Shown here: positions 38,998 through 52,781 of the stretch, one piece after another
Layout of the letters: each line of letters opens with the position of its first letter
Numbering within the stretch: the stretch's first letter is position 1
Source: Lingula anatina
Lineage: Eukaryota > Animalia > Brachiopoda
Assembly: GCA_051362555.1 (NCBI GenBank)
Contig: CM120645.1
Location: forward strand, 16,120,001 to 16,184,000
Reading direction: 5' to 3'
DNA length: 64,000 nt
Position numbers and translations under genes: made by a program
The notes under the pieces: generated by a model
The model's database searches: none
What the model saw: the letters and a program-made list of their open reading frames with translations, nothing else
What the model was told of the DNA's origin: nothing

Positions 38998-41900
38998 ATT
39001 GTTTGTTGCGGCGATAGGATTATAGCTTGAAGAGGCTAAACCCATGCTAAGGCGTGCCACGCGAAGCGAACTGTCCTTTTGTTCACTAGTTTGGCACGCG
39101 CAGCTGGTTTTTAGTGTTGCTAACAAACTGCTAGTTAAATTTGTTATCAGTTATTTCATCCTATATGAAATTTCCGCAGTCAAAAATTGAACTAATTATT
39201 GTTTGTTTGGTTGAAATGCATGAGCGTCAGCATCAATCTGTCTCAAAAAATTCCTATTGCATTAATTTATAAATGTATAATTTATTTATGTACTTACGTT
39301 TTAATTTGAAATATCTGCCTTCAAGCGTTCAAGTATTTATAAAACATGAATGATAATGAAAGAGGAATAAGGAAATAACATATTACTTATATTATGCTTA
39401 TATTATAATATTGAAATTAAATGAGGTGCATTGACATAGGCGCAATGACAATCCAACTACAACGTGCAACAGGGGGAAGTCTGGCTGTATGATCATACAA
39501 TATACGAAAGTACGATCAATTAAAAGTGTAAATCATCAGTTAAATAGGAGGGGGTCTTACTATGGTCGCTATCTATTGTTAAACCCGACTGTTATTGTCT
39601 CTCGAACAAGCTTAAAGCATGCCTATACAATTACTGTGTCTCCGGCTGCCGTTCAGAAACACCATGTCGAACGTATTTTGCTACAGTGAGAAACATGGTA
39701 CACTAGCGACTTGTTTTAGATCACTCAAGAAAGGATGCATACGTGCGACACCAGAGGAAAAACAATCAAGTACGCGTCTGATCCATTAATAGTAATTGCA
39801 CAGTGCATGTTACTAGACCTTTGTCCTAACTCAGTAGTTAGGAATAGGATGTTTGGATAAAAAGCTTCTATTCAACTCGCTTAGACCTAGGGCGTGATGC
39901 TATCATCCGATGAAACACGTAACTGCACCCTCTACCTGAACCTGAAGTCCCTTTATCTGAAACAAAAACTGCCCCTTGAACATGTCGTCAAATGATTTGT
40001 GATTTCATTGAACGTCTTTGATCGAAAGCTTTCAAGTGACAATTACCGAACCATGTGTTGATTATTTATTAAAGCGTAATTAAGTTTATTCAACATGATC
40101 TATTTTGTAAACGATACTTGCCAAGATTGAGCTTGGATTGATCACCGTCACTATTTAGCTACTCGCCTATAATGCGTGCTGAACGACAGACAACTTAAAA
40201 ATATTATCTGTGTAACTGTGCAAATGCAAATGTTAAAATATAACAAAGCCGGCATCTAATCCATCGAACATATTTATATTTGTTCTTTTTAAACCAGTGT
40301 AAGGGTAACGCCAAATCAAAGCAAGCCTTGCAGACTGGTTTTGTTTAAACTGTCGTGCATCAAGTAAAGCTAAGTAAAGCCTGTTTCTACTTCGCAGTGT
40401 TCATCCCAGCCATAAAACTGCATGAAGGATAACAAGACTCCGTAGACCTGTGCTTCAGGTTTCCAGGAGTCCCGTGTAACACAATAATATCGAAGGCCTG
40501 AGAGTAATACATATATGAGGCCGTGTATGAAAGATTTAACAAATTAGAAATTCAAGAATTTAAACATGCTAGGTACATGCACATCACTTAATAAGTCATT
40601 TCACAAAAATCGCATCTAATTGTTTAGATTAACCTTTACTTTTATCGATCTCATCCCATTGTCTCAACCACCTAAAAGAAATATAGAGAACATGAGGAAA
40701 AGTAACACGTTTACATGCAGGCGAAGGAGTTCAATATTAATCGCGAACAATATCAACAGCGACTAAAGACCGTTGCCTGTCTTTCACACTTTTACACAAA
40801 CACACGAAGGTTTAATAAAGGGAGTCGCGGCGCGATATCTACAGGTATCTCTTTCATTCGAACAAGCAAAGGGCTGACCCGAAGTAAGCTTTCTATACTA
40901 ATGTCCTTTTTATTGTGTATTGTAATTACTCTACTTGCTCGCCTCCGTTGTCTTGTAAAAGTGACAAAGAATGTGTTGTATTCACACACGAGATGAAAGA
41001 ACTCCTTTACCTTAAGTTGCATAATGTCTTTCTCAAGGTTATAATCAGTGTGAAGAGGGTGTCTTGCCTCATTTAAAAAGGGTGTTGTTCTTCATACTGG
41101 TTGTTGCTTAACTTATGCTAATCTTAAACTTTTATGTACCAATATGGTTTTAATAAATCGCTAAAATTATTAATTTAATGAACATTGTGTATCAAACGTT
41201 TTGATACGATTTAAATAAATGGACGAGGAGGATTACGGTATTAGGTTCTATTTACCTCTGGCTTTAACTTCGCCCTGCTATATAAATGAACAAATGTTGC
41301 AGATCGTAACAAAAAACTTTCTTATAGTGTTTTATGACATATATGATTTACACATTTGATAGTGAAACACTCCTCGACTTTAACGAATCACCTGACGTAA
41401 ACTGTCTACCCGCGCTCCCCGAAAAAAACTGTTTCTTTTAATTTTGAAATGAATTGCTTTTAAGGCAAAGAAGTCCATTAAACCCTTTAGTCTCAATATC
41501 ATTGTACAGCATGTTGTAATCGATATTTAAAAAAGTTAATTTTTGTACTCCGCTTTCATCGAGGATACCTCAAGTTGAGGTTACAATTACGTCGCTCGCC
41601 TATGCTACTGGAATATATATTTAAGGACAAATTAAGCTTTGTAAAGTCCCTATTGTCACACACCATAGATACTTTATTTTGTCTTGAATGAAAAAATAGC
41701 CTCAAATTATCGTTTTGTGCTTAAACCTTTCATTACTTGAACCAAGATCTGTACTATAGCTACCAAGACGTACCGGTACATGCATCAAGTTGGGTCTGCT
41801 GGGGGAGGGGAGCATTTAAATGATAAACGAGGAAGTCTACCTGCAAAAGCAGCAGCAGTGGTTTAAATAATCGCTATCTAGACTCATTTTTCTTTGACAG

Positions 41901-42803
41901 CAACATAAAAAGTGTTTAGGGAGAAAGTCACAAAGACCCGACGTTGTTTTGTCTTCAACATTTCCTCTTCCTTGTTATCTGCAATTACTATCGTCAATTA
42001 ATGAAATCGAGAAAGCAATTAAGTGACGGCACATTGAATATAGTCACTAGGTGCATTTCGCTGAGTGTTTACAAGATCTAGCGACACATTTTATCGCCAC
42101 GCGTTCTAGTTTGATTAGTTTAGAAAATTAAACAGTTACTCTGTCGGCTCTCCGTCATTGCTATGAATCTGACATCGAATTTAGTCCAAAATATTAGTAA
42201 ATTCAGAATTATTAGCTAAAACGTAAATTGCCCTAATTTGTCAGATAATCAAAAATGCCGGTGATCCACGCGGAGGGTACGCTTTCCTGAAGGTAGCGGC
42301 GACGAACGGCGACGATATTTTTCTGAATAGTGAACCTTTATTAGTTACGAAAAGCCCCCTTTTCAACAGGCGCGTTTTATTAATTACTTCATGTCACAAA
42401 GTTAATTTATACAGGCAAAACTTTATTTTAAGGAAATAGTTTCACGAAATGAACGAGAGTAAAATATTAGTCGACACAAATATAAGGCATACAACAATGA
42501 GTCATGTTATGGATCATGTTATGGGCCATGTCGGATTATAATGGCATACCTTGATGCAAAAAAGTCTATCGTTTCTTCCACCGCGAGTCCCTTTATTTAA
42601 TGTAATGTATTACTCATTACCCGTTTCATTTGACACTCTCTCTTTTTATCTCCCTTCCCCTTTCTCTTGTTAGAAGGAGGGTACATAATTAAGCACTCAA
42701 AATCTGCACCACCAATCTTCAGAAAAACAGAAGTCAACGAACCAGTGGGCTGATCCACAACATCTGACACAGCAGAATGAATCAAATAACAGCTAGCACA
42801 AAT

Positions 42804-45011
42804 CAAGAAGTTATAATGAGAAGGAGTAGAAACGGGACATCAATTATCTCTCTCGTCCAATCAGATCGCAGCATTCTTTTCAAAGCGGCGTCCTTTGAAA
42901 TTCGATCCTCGTAACTGGTCTAATCCTCCGCTCGCCTCCGCGTGACTCAAGACGGCGAAGCTGAACCAGTGCGTATACGTCTTGAGTTATTCATGTTTAA
43001 TGCGAATATTTGGAAGTTATACTTAGAAAAACGCCAAGTCGAGCGATATAAAGGTGAGTGAGAGTTGATAATGTGCTTTGAGCATTGTTTTATGTTCATA
43101 CGGTGGCTGTCAGTCAAATTTGTCAGTGCAGAAAGCAGCGTTAGCTCGAAGATCTGAGGCCGATTCAGCGGGACCTCCATGTTTAGGACTTTTTTCTTCT
43201 TAAGTGCGTGATGAATGCACATAATTTATGTTTTTCTGGTTAGTTAAGCACGTGCATCATTGCAATACATCACTTTGGTATTAAATGAATCAATCCTTTA
43301 GATTAAAAACATCGTTTCAAATAGACAACTTTTCATCGGACTTTTTCAAAATGGCGGGTCACAAGAGACAGTTGGGTGACAGTTTGGGACAATTTTTGGT
43401 AATTTTAACGTGATGTATGCATATAATTTATGTTTTTCTGGTTAGTTAAGCACGTGCACCATTACGATACATCATTGTGATATTAAATGAGTCAATCCTT
43501 TAGATGAAAAACATCGTTTCAAATAGACAACTTTTCATCCGACTTTTTCAAAATGGCGGGTCCTTAAATTGGTTAGAGACAGTTGGGTGACAGTTTGGGA
43601 CAATTTTTGGTAATTTTAACGTGGTGTATGCAGATAATTTATGCTTTTCTGGTTAGTTAAGGACGTGCATCATTACAATACTTCACTTTGGTATTAAATG
43701 AATCAATCCTTTAGATGAAAAATAAACAACTTTTCATGGGACTTTTTCAAAATGGTGGATCCAAAATTTGATGACAGGGAACTCTCGGAATTTTTTTTCA
43801 ATTTTTTTTTTTTTTTTGCAATATGATGTTTGCAGAGTTTCGTTTAGGATATAGAGTTATATTTTGTAATGAATTCCGCACTTACTATTTTCAGGTTGAA
43901 GAGAATGCAGGTGAAAGATCTTTAGTTTTGCTGGCAAAATGATTGTTTCCAGCAGCAACTTGATGAGGCACAAGGCTCTGTTTTCTTACCACCACTAATA
44001 TTAAACTATAGTGCACAAGAGGTGCAAGTTTTAAAAGGGAATTTAGTGGTCCAAGTTTTAAAAGGGAATTTTGTGTTCACTGGCTAATTGTCTAAAGTAT
44101 AAAATAAAATAATCACCACATCAAAATAAAAACTAACCATTTTTGTATTGCTTTAATCACTGTTGGGTGTAACAATATTGATATATTTTCATTGCTGGTA
44201 CTTTGTTTTAGATATTATACAAGTTGCTCGAATGTTGAAATAAAGCAATATCAATCAATAAAAATATTTCTTTGATTTTTTTCTTCTAATGAATTTAAAC
44301 TATCAGTCTATTATTAGTTGGCCTCATGTAATAGACAAAGATATAAACAAAAATATGTATTAATGAAATTTTATTTAGAATCGTACTAAGTGCAATAACT
44401 TTTCATTTCCCCAATTTTCCTGTTTAAGCTCTACCTGGTATATAAGCAATAATGTGCCAAAAAAGAAAGAAACGAGGCTGGCATACGGAAGTTGCAAATA
44501 CTACTGTTTTGTGTACACGGCTGTGAATTGAATGTGTCATTCCTAGATGAAGGTAAATTTCCTTTACACGCCTTTACACGACAAAAATAATTTTAAATAA
44601 ATATGAGACTTCTACAGGTGCAAATTTTAGCGTTGAAGGTGGGTTTGTGAAATTGTTCTCATACATTCTTGATGTGAAACTAATTTTTGTATGACTGATC
44701 GGCTCTAGATCAAATGAAGGTGTATCTCGTATGATTTGAGTTTTATTTCCCGAAATGGTTGCTTCCAGGCTTGAAATCTCTCTCTACACCTTTCTGTAAT
44801 CCCACCATGTTTTCTCTGTGAGATTATTAGAGACTTCGCGAGGCTTTATCCCAATTGGCTGAAGCAACCCACGTGAATGGTCTTTTGAATATGTATTAGG
44901 CACAAGCTCTCCCTCAGACCACAAGCTGGGTAATTATTAGGATTAAGCCCGTTACGAGGATAGGATGAAAGGAAACCCCTTGTTTCTACTCCTTCTCATT
45001 ATAACTTCTTG
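42804..45011. mobile_element. 2.2 kb non-autonomous P-element-like transposon with 7 bp TSD
   Basis: 30 bp perfect TIR CAAGAAGTTATAATGAGAAGGAGTAGAAAC; TSD CACAAAT at 42797-42803 and 45012-45018; absent from the homologue at ~10170. Confidence 0.85.
43217..43790. repeat. ~200-210 bp tandem repeat (about 2.7 copies) inside the P-like element
   Basis: Unit tgca.ataatttatgtttttctggttagttaagcacgtgca recurs at ~43217, 43418 and 43629. Confidence 0.9.
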
Positions 45012-46319
45012 CACAAATTTATATGCAGTTAGCTATAGTGTTACTACATACATAATCAGCTGCACGCGCGAAGCTGTTGAACAAAAGGATAGTTCGCTAC
45101 GGGAGACCGTTTGTTTACATAAGTACTCTAAGGGGGCGTGGCTACCCAGGCAACCAAGGGATTAGGCTAGTTACTATATGCCGTCAACAATCGTTTAGCG
45201 ACCCTATCATTATACACTCTCTCTATTGTATTTTCCACCGCATTAATCGCAGTGTAATCTTCAAATGGTCCACGGGGTAAATGTACACATTCTTAATCCG
45301 AGTACGGTATCAGCTGAGAATGCTACGTTCAGTGATCCCACAGGGACCTAAACCTGGCCATCCATCACTGGAAGGAAGCCGGTTTTGGTGCAGAATCAAA
45401 TCATTTCTTGTATCCCATCGATGGTCAAATGAGGGTCCGTAGACATGTTGTAAATGCCTCTTGGAAGGGTGTGTGCAGGATAATATCGCCTGAGGTGTTA
45501 GATCAGTCGGCATTTGGGGAACATTCCGAGACCATGGTATTAGTACATTGTTCCTTACGGAACAAAACGTAACTGGGGCATTTTACGGTAACGTTCTCAA
45601 CAGATAGCTCACTCCATTTGCAAGAGGTGACTTCAGGGATGCTACCGACTTCATTGAGACAACGCACTGGCTCACAGCTCTCATCTGGCAAGTGATTTGT
45701 TGCTGAAACACAGGGCTCTAAGGATGGGACGACTGTCTTTGAGCCCTGGTATCAATCATACTGAGCACCTGTGGCATTAATTGGAATGTGCATTGCAGAG
45801 GAGAGCCAATTCCAAAATAATCTGGACTAATTCCGCCACGCTCTTTAGGATGGATGGGGCAATATCCCACAAAACAGAATTATTACCCTTGTTGAAGGAT
45901 TGTCGCGCCATCTACAGGAGATAATTATGGTACGCGGTAGACGCACACGCTATTAGTCACGTGACCTTTAACGAGCACATCCTAATGCTTATTATGTGTA
46001 AATTTGGTGACATTTGATTGCGTCTTTTTAATTTAATAGATACTTCTTTACATCTGTGGAAATCACAGTGAAACATTGGATTTGAGGGGGTACCTGTTAT
46101 AAATTTGACTAAATGGTATAAAATGTGCATATTCACAGCACTATTTTGTTATTTTTGTAATGTTAGACATGGTATCTGGAGTAAAAAGCACCGTTTATAA
46201 CAATATACACCTGTAAGGTGATCATTTGTAAATTAAAGTTGAAATGGGGGTGGGACAACCTTTTTGACCAATGTTGTATAATGGGCGAGATAGTAATTAA
46301 TATTTGGTCCATCTGACTT

Positions 46320-46965
46320 AAGTTTGCACATGCAAGCCTGGTAACGTAGAGTGAACTAAGGCCAACAGGATCTGGAACCGGACAGTCCATGACAATTGGT
46401 CCTATATAATTTTTCTGATGAGTGTCGCTTTGGTCTGACCTCTGATGACAGACAGGTCCGATGCTGGCGAACTGCTGGTAAAAGCATTTGAACCACATAC
46501 ACTGAATATTCAAACCCGGAGCAGCATATCCATCATGGTGTGGGGCTGCATCAGGATCCAGTGGTTGATAGAAACATGAATCACCAGAAACATATCGATG
46601 TTTTGGAGTCAGGCTTGCAACCATCTATTACTAACATGTTTGGTGACAGGAATTATCCATTTGTTCACCAGGATGGCAATGCTCCTTGTCACAGACCCAG
46701 AGCAGTTGAGATTGGTTTGACCAACATTCGCAGGGTGATGTGGCCTGCCCAGAGTCCGGATGCAAACATAATAGAAAATGTGTGGAGTGAAATGTCAAAA
46801 CTTTTGACAAATGCCCGTCCAACCAGAAGAGAAACTCTGTTAGATTCGGTGTTTCATGCTTGGGCCAGCATGAGCCCTGAACGCATCAAACAAATATATG
46901 AATCCTTGCCTCGCAGACTGGCAGCTATTATTATTAGGTCACGTGTCTATGCCACTAAGTACTAA
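46320..46965 (+). mobile_element. Tc1 (DD34E-type) transposase fragment
   Basis: IIFSDECRFGL, FVHQDGNAPCHR and WPAQSPDANIIENVW motifs. Confidence 0.9.
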
Positions 46966-49017
46966 TTTATGACTTGAAACTGCATATATTGGTCTGTCAT
47001 TCTTTGCTAGTGTTGAATTAGTGTTGAAGTATTCTACAAAATGTTGAATTTGGGCTAAAATTTCAAACGTTCTCTGGGAAGGTGTAATTTTGCGATGTGA
47101 TAGCGACACCATCACAGTTTATCATTTCATAAAAAGGGAAACAACAGATGCCATTTTTAGGGCACACAGGAGAGTTGAACAGCTATGCCCACCAAATCCA
47201 AGACGCGTTACCATGGGTAATATATTTTTCACAAACTGATGAAAGTCTAATGGGATGTTTTCAGTTTTAGTTTAAATCATAAGGGGGTGTTGTCTCAATG
47301 CTTTAAAACTGGTTTTGTAGAATTCAGTCCACATTTCATAATTAATAAAAATGGTGAATATGTGGGACACGGTAACGTTAGTGACGCGGGAACAAAAACT
47401 TTTTGTAATCATGTAATTTATAACAATAGTTTTGCTATTATCCACACACACTTCAATCATGAGGGAAATATCACTCTAACATGCTTTTAAATTAGAATTG
47501 ACAAACACAGAGGAATAATGCACATAATTTGTTTAGTGTAACTCTGTTACATGGGACACACACTGAACAAAGTTGACCTAAAATGTTCCAGATTGTAGTT
47601 TTTTTCTCAGAATTATTATTAAATTTATTATTCCAACACAATAAAGTTCAGTTAAATACAAAATTTAACAAAATGAAGTTCAGTATGATACAAAGTTCAG
47701 TATTATAACATTCTTTCTGACATCTGTAAACCACTGGTGATATCTGCTCTGCGCTCACCAAGGCATCCGCTCTTGGGATTCTGAAAAAAAATCATACAAA
47801 TAATCTGTTTACTATGATAACGAACAACGGGTAACCTAAGATAACAAATAGTTTATTTCTTATTCAAACAAAGTACAGTACATTATGAGTGGCAAAAACG
47901 CATTACTGGGACACATTTTCTTCACCCATTTTCGTTGCTTCATTGTGTCTCTGTATCGTTAGTGTTGCGAGTCATCTATTATTGCTGTTTTTACAGACGG
48001 TTAAACTTAAAACGCACTGAATACAAGTGTAGCAGCTTAATTAAAACGACACTCAGTATTTCTCAACTTCATACAAAGAAGATTCCTATAAACAGTCCTG
48101 TGGCGGTTAAATCGAGGGAATTACACCTGTGCCCTGCATCCGATCTCGAAAGCGTCACTGCATTACATGTTATCATTTGAGCTGGTATTTCAGTGTGCAA
48201 AAGAAGCCATTCTTGTGTGAGGCGTCATCAATTAGTGAGTATGGAAGCAGATCGCTATCGATGTATAATTTTCACGCGGCATTTTAAAGTCGTCTGAAAA
48301 AAATCGATCTCTGAAATTTCAGCGTAACGAACGTTACATGGGACACGGTGAAGAAAAATCGACCTTGTTGAGCAAGAAATGTGAAATTCTTTAGAAAACT
48401 GATATTAGCATGGACTCCGTGACACAAACAAACCGACAGACTACCTTGGACGATTGAAGAGTTTTAATACGGAAAGACAGGATTGGATGAAATTTTCATT
48501 GGGGTGGGACACGGCATGTAACGTTAGTTACGGTTATTTTGTGATAATTTTTCAGTGACTTCAAATAAAATTTTATTTAAATATCCATTTGCACATTCTG
48601 TTTATTATAACTTCTTGCAGTAGGTGTATTTCCTGCTTCAATAATCCATTCAAATCCTAAAAACTGTTCCTGAATAGAGATAGGGTCGAAATTCCACAAA
48701 AATGGATGCCATTTTGAGGGTGATTTTGATATATTTTCTGCTTTTTGTCTTATTTTGCTCTTATAACAGCATCCTCCTTGCTCATTCAGCTTCTTTGGTT
48801 TGTTATTGAGACATACACAACGATGTCATGAGAATTTGGTTGGCTATCTAAATTTAATTTACTTTCTTTAAGGATTTCATACGCCACGAAACCAAAAAAA
48901 TAATATGAGGCTAAGAAGAAATTGGCAGTTTTTTTGACGCTACGTTTATTTATTTTATCATTTTACAAAGATCATAGGTAGATATGCTAACACCCTCAAT
49001 GTATACTGTGCTAGCTG

Positions 49018-49222
49018 GACCACGGCTTAAATATTGCAGACCTACTTGAAAGGAAGACTGCTTAATCCACCCGTCGTCCCTCGACCGGTCGAATTGAGAC
49101 GAGATTTAATTACTGTGCCCTGCAGGGATGGCGCGGGGGGAGGTCTGAAAGAGGCGGAGAGACCATTACAGGATTAAGCAGTCTTCTTTTCATGTAGGTC
49201 CGCCATATGTAGGCCGTGATTC
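49018..49222. mobile_element. Palindromic MITE related to 8757-9012
   Basis: Arms cacggcttaaatattgcagacctacttgaaaggaagactgcttaatcc / ggattaagcagtcttcttttcatgtaggtccgccatatgtaggccgtg. Confidence 0.7.
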
Positions 49223-49562
49223 TTTACCCAGGCAAACCCTTGTATATTTTATTGAAAGTCTGTTTAGTTTCTTTAAAACTAGTTTTGTTTTGATAAGTTG
49301 TATACGTTCATAATTTCTTTCCTTTTGAAGGTCTTGAGTTCAGTTATTGGATTTTTTGCCTCTTTTTATGGGATGCCGAGAATGATTCTTGCGCGAGCTT
49401 TTTGTACATGTAGTTTGCGTATGAGTTCTACCGTGTAGTTATGCGCTGCAGCTTTTAAAGTGTATCGATGTACCATCTACATACGTTGGCGAATTTTTAA
49501 TACAAAGACAAAATTACCATCCGCAAATGGTTTGAAATAATCTCATTTCATTTTGACTGTAG

Positions 49563-49782
49563 GCTGCTGATATTTTCGCTGGAGTTCGCCAGGAGGACAA
49601 ACAAAGACGAAGTGAACTTCAGTCAATCTGCACGAGGATTATGAATGAGCTCTCAACTCTTGATCATAACATTTTAAAAAGACTAGAATCTGAAAAGATA
49701 GTGTCTGCAGATGACCCAGTACAAGATGTACAGAATAGGATTGACATGCTAAATACTGGCAATTGCCCAATACTAGTAGCAG
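49563..49782 (+). CDS. Copy 2 exon 2 (AADIFAGVRQEDKQRR...IDMLNTGNCPILVAG)
   Basis: tgtag| acceptor, G|GTAGG phase-1 donor, open frame, homologous to 9099-9315. Confidence 0.9.
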
Positions 49783-49820
49783 GTAGGAATTATTAATTCA
49801 TGCAACCCAGAAATCAGTAA

Positions 49821-49822
<2 letters not shown>

Positions 49823-49896
<74 letters not shown>

Positions 49897-49930
49897 AAAG
49901 CTGGACCAAATTAGACAGATTTTGACCGAT

Positions 49931-49972
<42 letters not shown>
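49823..49972. repeat. Compound microsatellite (CT)n(TA)n followed by (CA)n
   Basis: Seen directly. Confidence 0.95.
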
Positions 49973-49975
<3 letters not shown>

Positions 49976-50073
49976 TTAAGCCACTTAAGTTTATTGCAAT
50001 TTAGTGAGATTCCCCTAGGAGATATACCGATCCACAGTTAGTACAATAGGCTATGGAAATGGGCCCTTATTTA

Positions 50074-51136
50074 GGCCACACTTTTTTATTTTTATGGATG
50101 ACATCCTCTGGGGACCCCAAAATCGGTGCGAGCGGGCGAAAAAAAAACAGTCAAAAAAAACTGCTTAAGAAAAGTTGTTTTCAGTACGCAGCTGGAAACA
50201 CTAATTTACCACAGGAACACGTATAAAACTAACAATATGTCTTTTCCCATGCTCTCAAAATATTAAAGCATTGTGAATAGGGCCTACTTCGTAGAAAGGT
50301 AAAAATTCATGAATATATATGCTGCATATTACCAAATCTATTTAAGGTTATTTCATGCATTCTGTTGGTATAGCAATCAATAAAACAAATATCAAATAAA
50401 CAGCGTGTCTTTATTTGTACTCTCAGAAAATTAAAGCATTGTAAACACTTCACAGAATTGTTAAAAAATGAAGCAAAGATAGGCCTATGCTTCCTACTAG
50501 CAAATCTAAAAAAGGTAATTTCGGTCGATGCCATTTTGTCTACTTCGACTCACACGTAGCAGCCAACTATCGGGTGGCCTGTCCTACCTTCAGTCCACCA
50601 AATACCACGACGCTCTTGTCGACCCTTTTTTCGCTACAAAAAAAAAACCCTGGTATGTGCTGCTTTGGACAGAATGTCACTGAAATTTTCAGGGCGATGA
50701 TCGCTGGCCGCGGCCAGCCTTTCGTATAATTGTAAAAGGTTGATATCTCCATGTCCAATATCAATGGTAAACCAATCCAAAACGACGGCCCCCGTTCTCT
50801 TTATGACTTTAATTGTCGTGTATTTTGAAATTAATACTTGAGATGAATTTGACGGCAAAGCGGCCATATTTCCACGTGGTGATAATACGCATGCGCAGAA
50901 AGCTCATTTTCCGCACTCGGAACTACTCGGATGTCTCCGCAGTCGACAATAACAGTATGGAGCTTGCGGAATTAGCCGAGGATTGTCGATTGCATTTTCC
51001 GGCAAATTAAAAAACGACGTTTGCGACAACCGACTTCCTTGGGGGGGGGGGGATTTTTATTTTTTTTTATTTGGAGAACGGACGAAAATCGGTGCGCGGG
51101 CAGGATGTCATCCATAAAAATAAAAAAAGTGTGGCC
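50074..51136. mobile_element. 1.06 kb non-autonomous PIF/Harbinger element
   Basis: ~34 bp TIR GGCCACACTTTTTTTATTTTTATGGATGACATCCT; TSD TTA on both sides. Confidence 0.88.
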
Positions 51137-51197
51137 TTACATGTTAGCTTTGTGTCTAAGCAGCATATATATATATATATATGTAAACACACACACA

Positions 51198-52714
51198 CTC
51201 TTGACATTTAATATGGAATATTTATACCAAATCATTTTACATCGGTTTTACCTATTTTGCTGACTGATAAATGAAAATAAGGATAAAAATCGTGTTTTAA
51301 TTACTTTTAATTAAAATTTAAATTTTATTAAATTAATTGAATTAAATTAATTGAATTAAATTTTAATTTCTGTTTAATGTCACTGTGGCATCAATTCATT
51401 AATTAGATTCGCCAGAGAAGCAAACAAAAACATATTGTCTATTCTATGCCAAACGACAACCATTGAAATATATATTTTGGATCTCCATATTTTCCTAATT
51501 ATTTTCTGTAAAAGAGTTACACGTTCCACAAAGGACCCTCATGTCAGTGTTGTAGTCACGGTAACGGTCGTTGTTACGTCTGACCTCTTCTGGCTGCTAC
51601 CAGCACTCTCAAGTGGCAGGGTATTCCTTAAGGTTTTTAGAGTTCAATCTGGAATAACATTCCAGGCATCGGTCAAAATCTGTCTAATTTGGTCAAGCTT
51701 TGTTGTAGGACATGTACAGTAGGTCATTGATTCGGCGAGTAATGGCCTACCCACTTACTGTCTATGTGGTTCAAATATTTGATGACCAAGGTAGCTGCTC
51801 ATTTCCTTGGTCCTGTAAGTAATCTGCTACTGAAAGTGCTCTTTGTGAACCGGTAATACCACAGTGCAACCTAAAATTGTTCTTAAGGTGCCCCCTATCA
51901 AATGATAGTCGAGTGATTCCCAAATTATTCCTTTATTTGATTTGGTTCAGGTTTTCGTCGAAGACTACCATTGGTGTTTTGGCACCAATGTGGTATCCAC
52001 TCCAAATACTGACGCTGTTAATGACCTTAGTCACTAGAGACGCGACACAAGCTTGGCCTCTTCTGGATGTCTGTAAACCCTGTTTTGGCTAGTTGAGCGG
52101 TACAGGTGGAATCTGACCTCAATAAAGAAAGCCAAGAGGTTTTAGTGTTTTACCCAAAATGATCAAGGTCTCCAATTCATTAGAGAAACATACAACGATG
52201 TTTTGCTGTTTTAAGTGGGTTCTTCAATCTAATCTGCTAAAACCAGTTTGGTGTTCGCTAAGGGCCTTAAAATGCGTTTTGGTGGCAATTTACCACTCTT
52301 TCTTAACGGACTGGGTGGTTTTCGTTTAGTTGCAACAACATATTCCGAAAGACAGTGGGTCCTGTACCCTGGTGGCTAGATTTCAATACATTGGATGTGG
52401 CCTCTGTGTAGGTACATCATTCTGGGCATTAATCTATAAAACTATGTGGACCGTTTCGTTTGGACTTATTATCTGTCTGGCATTTTTTTAGCGACATTCT
52501 GCCACAGATTAACACATTTGTAAAGCACTTCATGCTCATTGAATACTGTAAAACCGACCACTTGCATGCAAAATTTCAAATTCTTCTATGCAGTGGTTGC
52601 TGACATTTGGATACGTTTTTGCCAGAACCATCTTTGCCAAGCTTTGACCTGCCTAAAGGAGCACAATCCAATTAAAGCACTGCATATTACATAATGCAGC
52701 AGAGCAACTAACCC

Positions 52715-52720
<6 letters not shown>
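51198..52720 (-). mobile_element. Truncated copy of the decayed Tc1/mariner-like element at 58158-60066
   Basis: ~1.5 kb direct similarity to 58160-59930; ends in (TA)n at 52717-52787. Confidence 0.8.

Positions 52721-52781
<61 letters not shown>

Larger units (their letters stand above)
36543..45307 (-). mobile_element. Second, inverted copy of the ~5 kb TA-flanked element, expanded by nested insertions
   Basis: Reverse-complement homology to 9876-14829; TA|CAGTGGTCGGAATAA...TTAATCCGAGTACGG|TA. Confidence 0.8.
35864..46276. mobile_element. Fold-back Tc1 derivative with ~680 bp inverted arms (35864-36540 and ~45605-46276), split by nested insertions
   Basis: TA|CAACATTGGTCAAAAAGG...CCTTTTTGACCAATGTTG|TA; both arms carry decayed SPDINL..LW Tc1 C-terminal coding. 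Confidence 0.85.
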
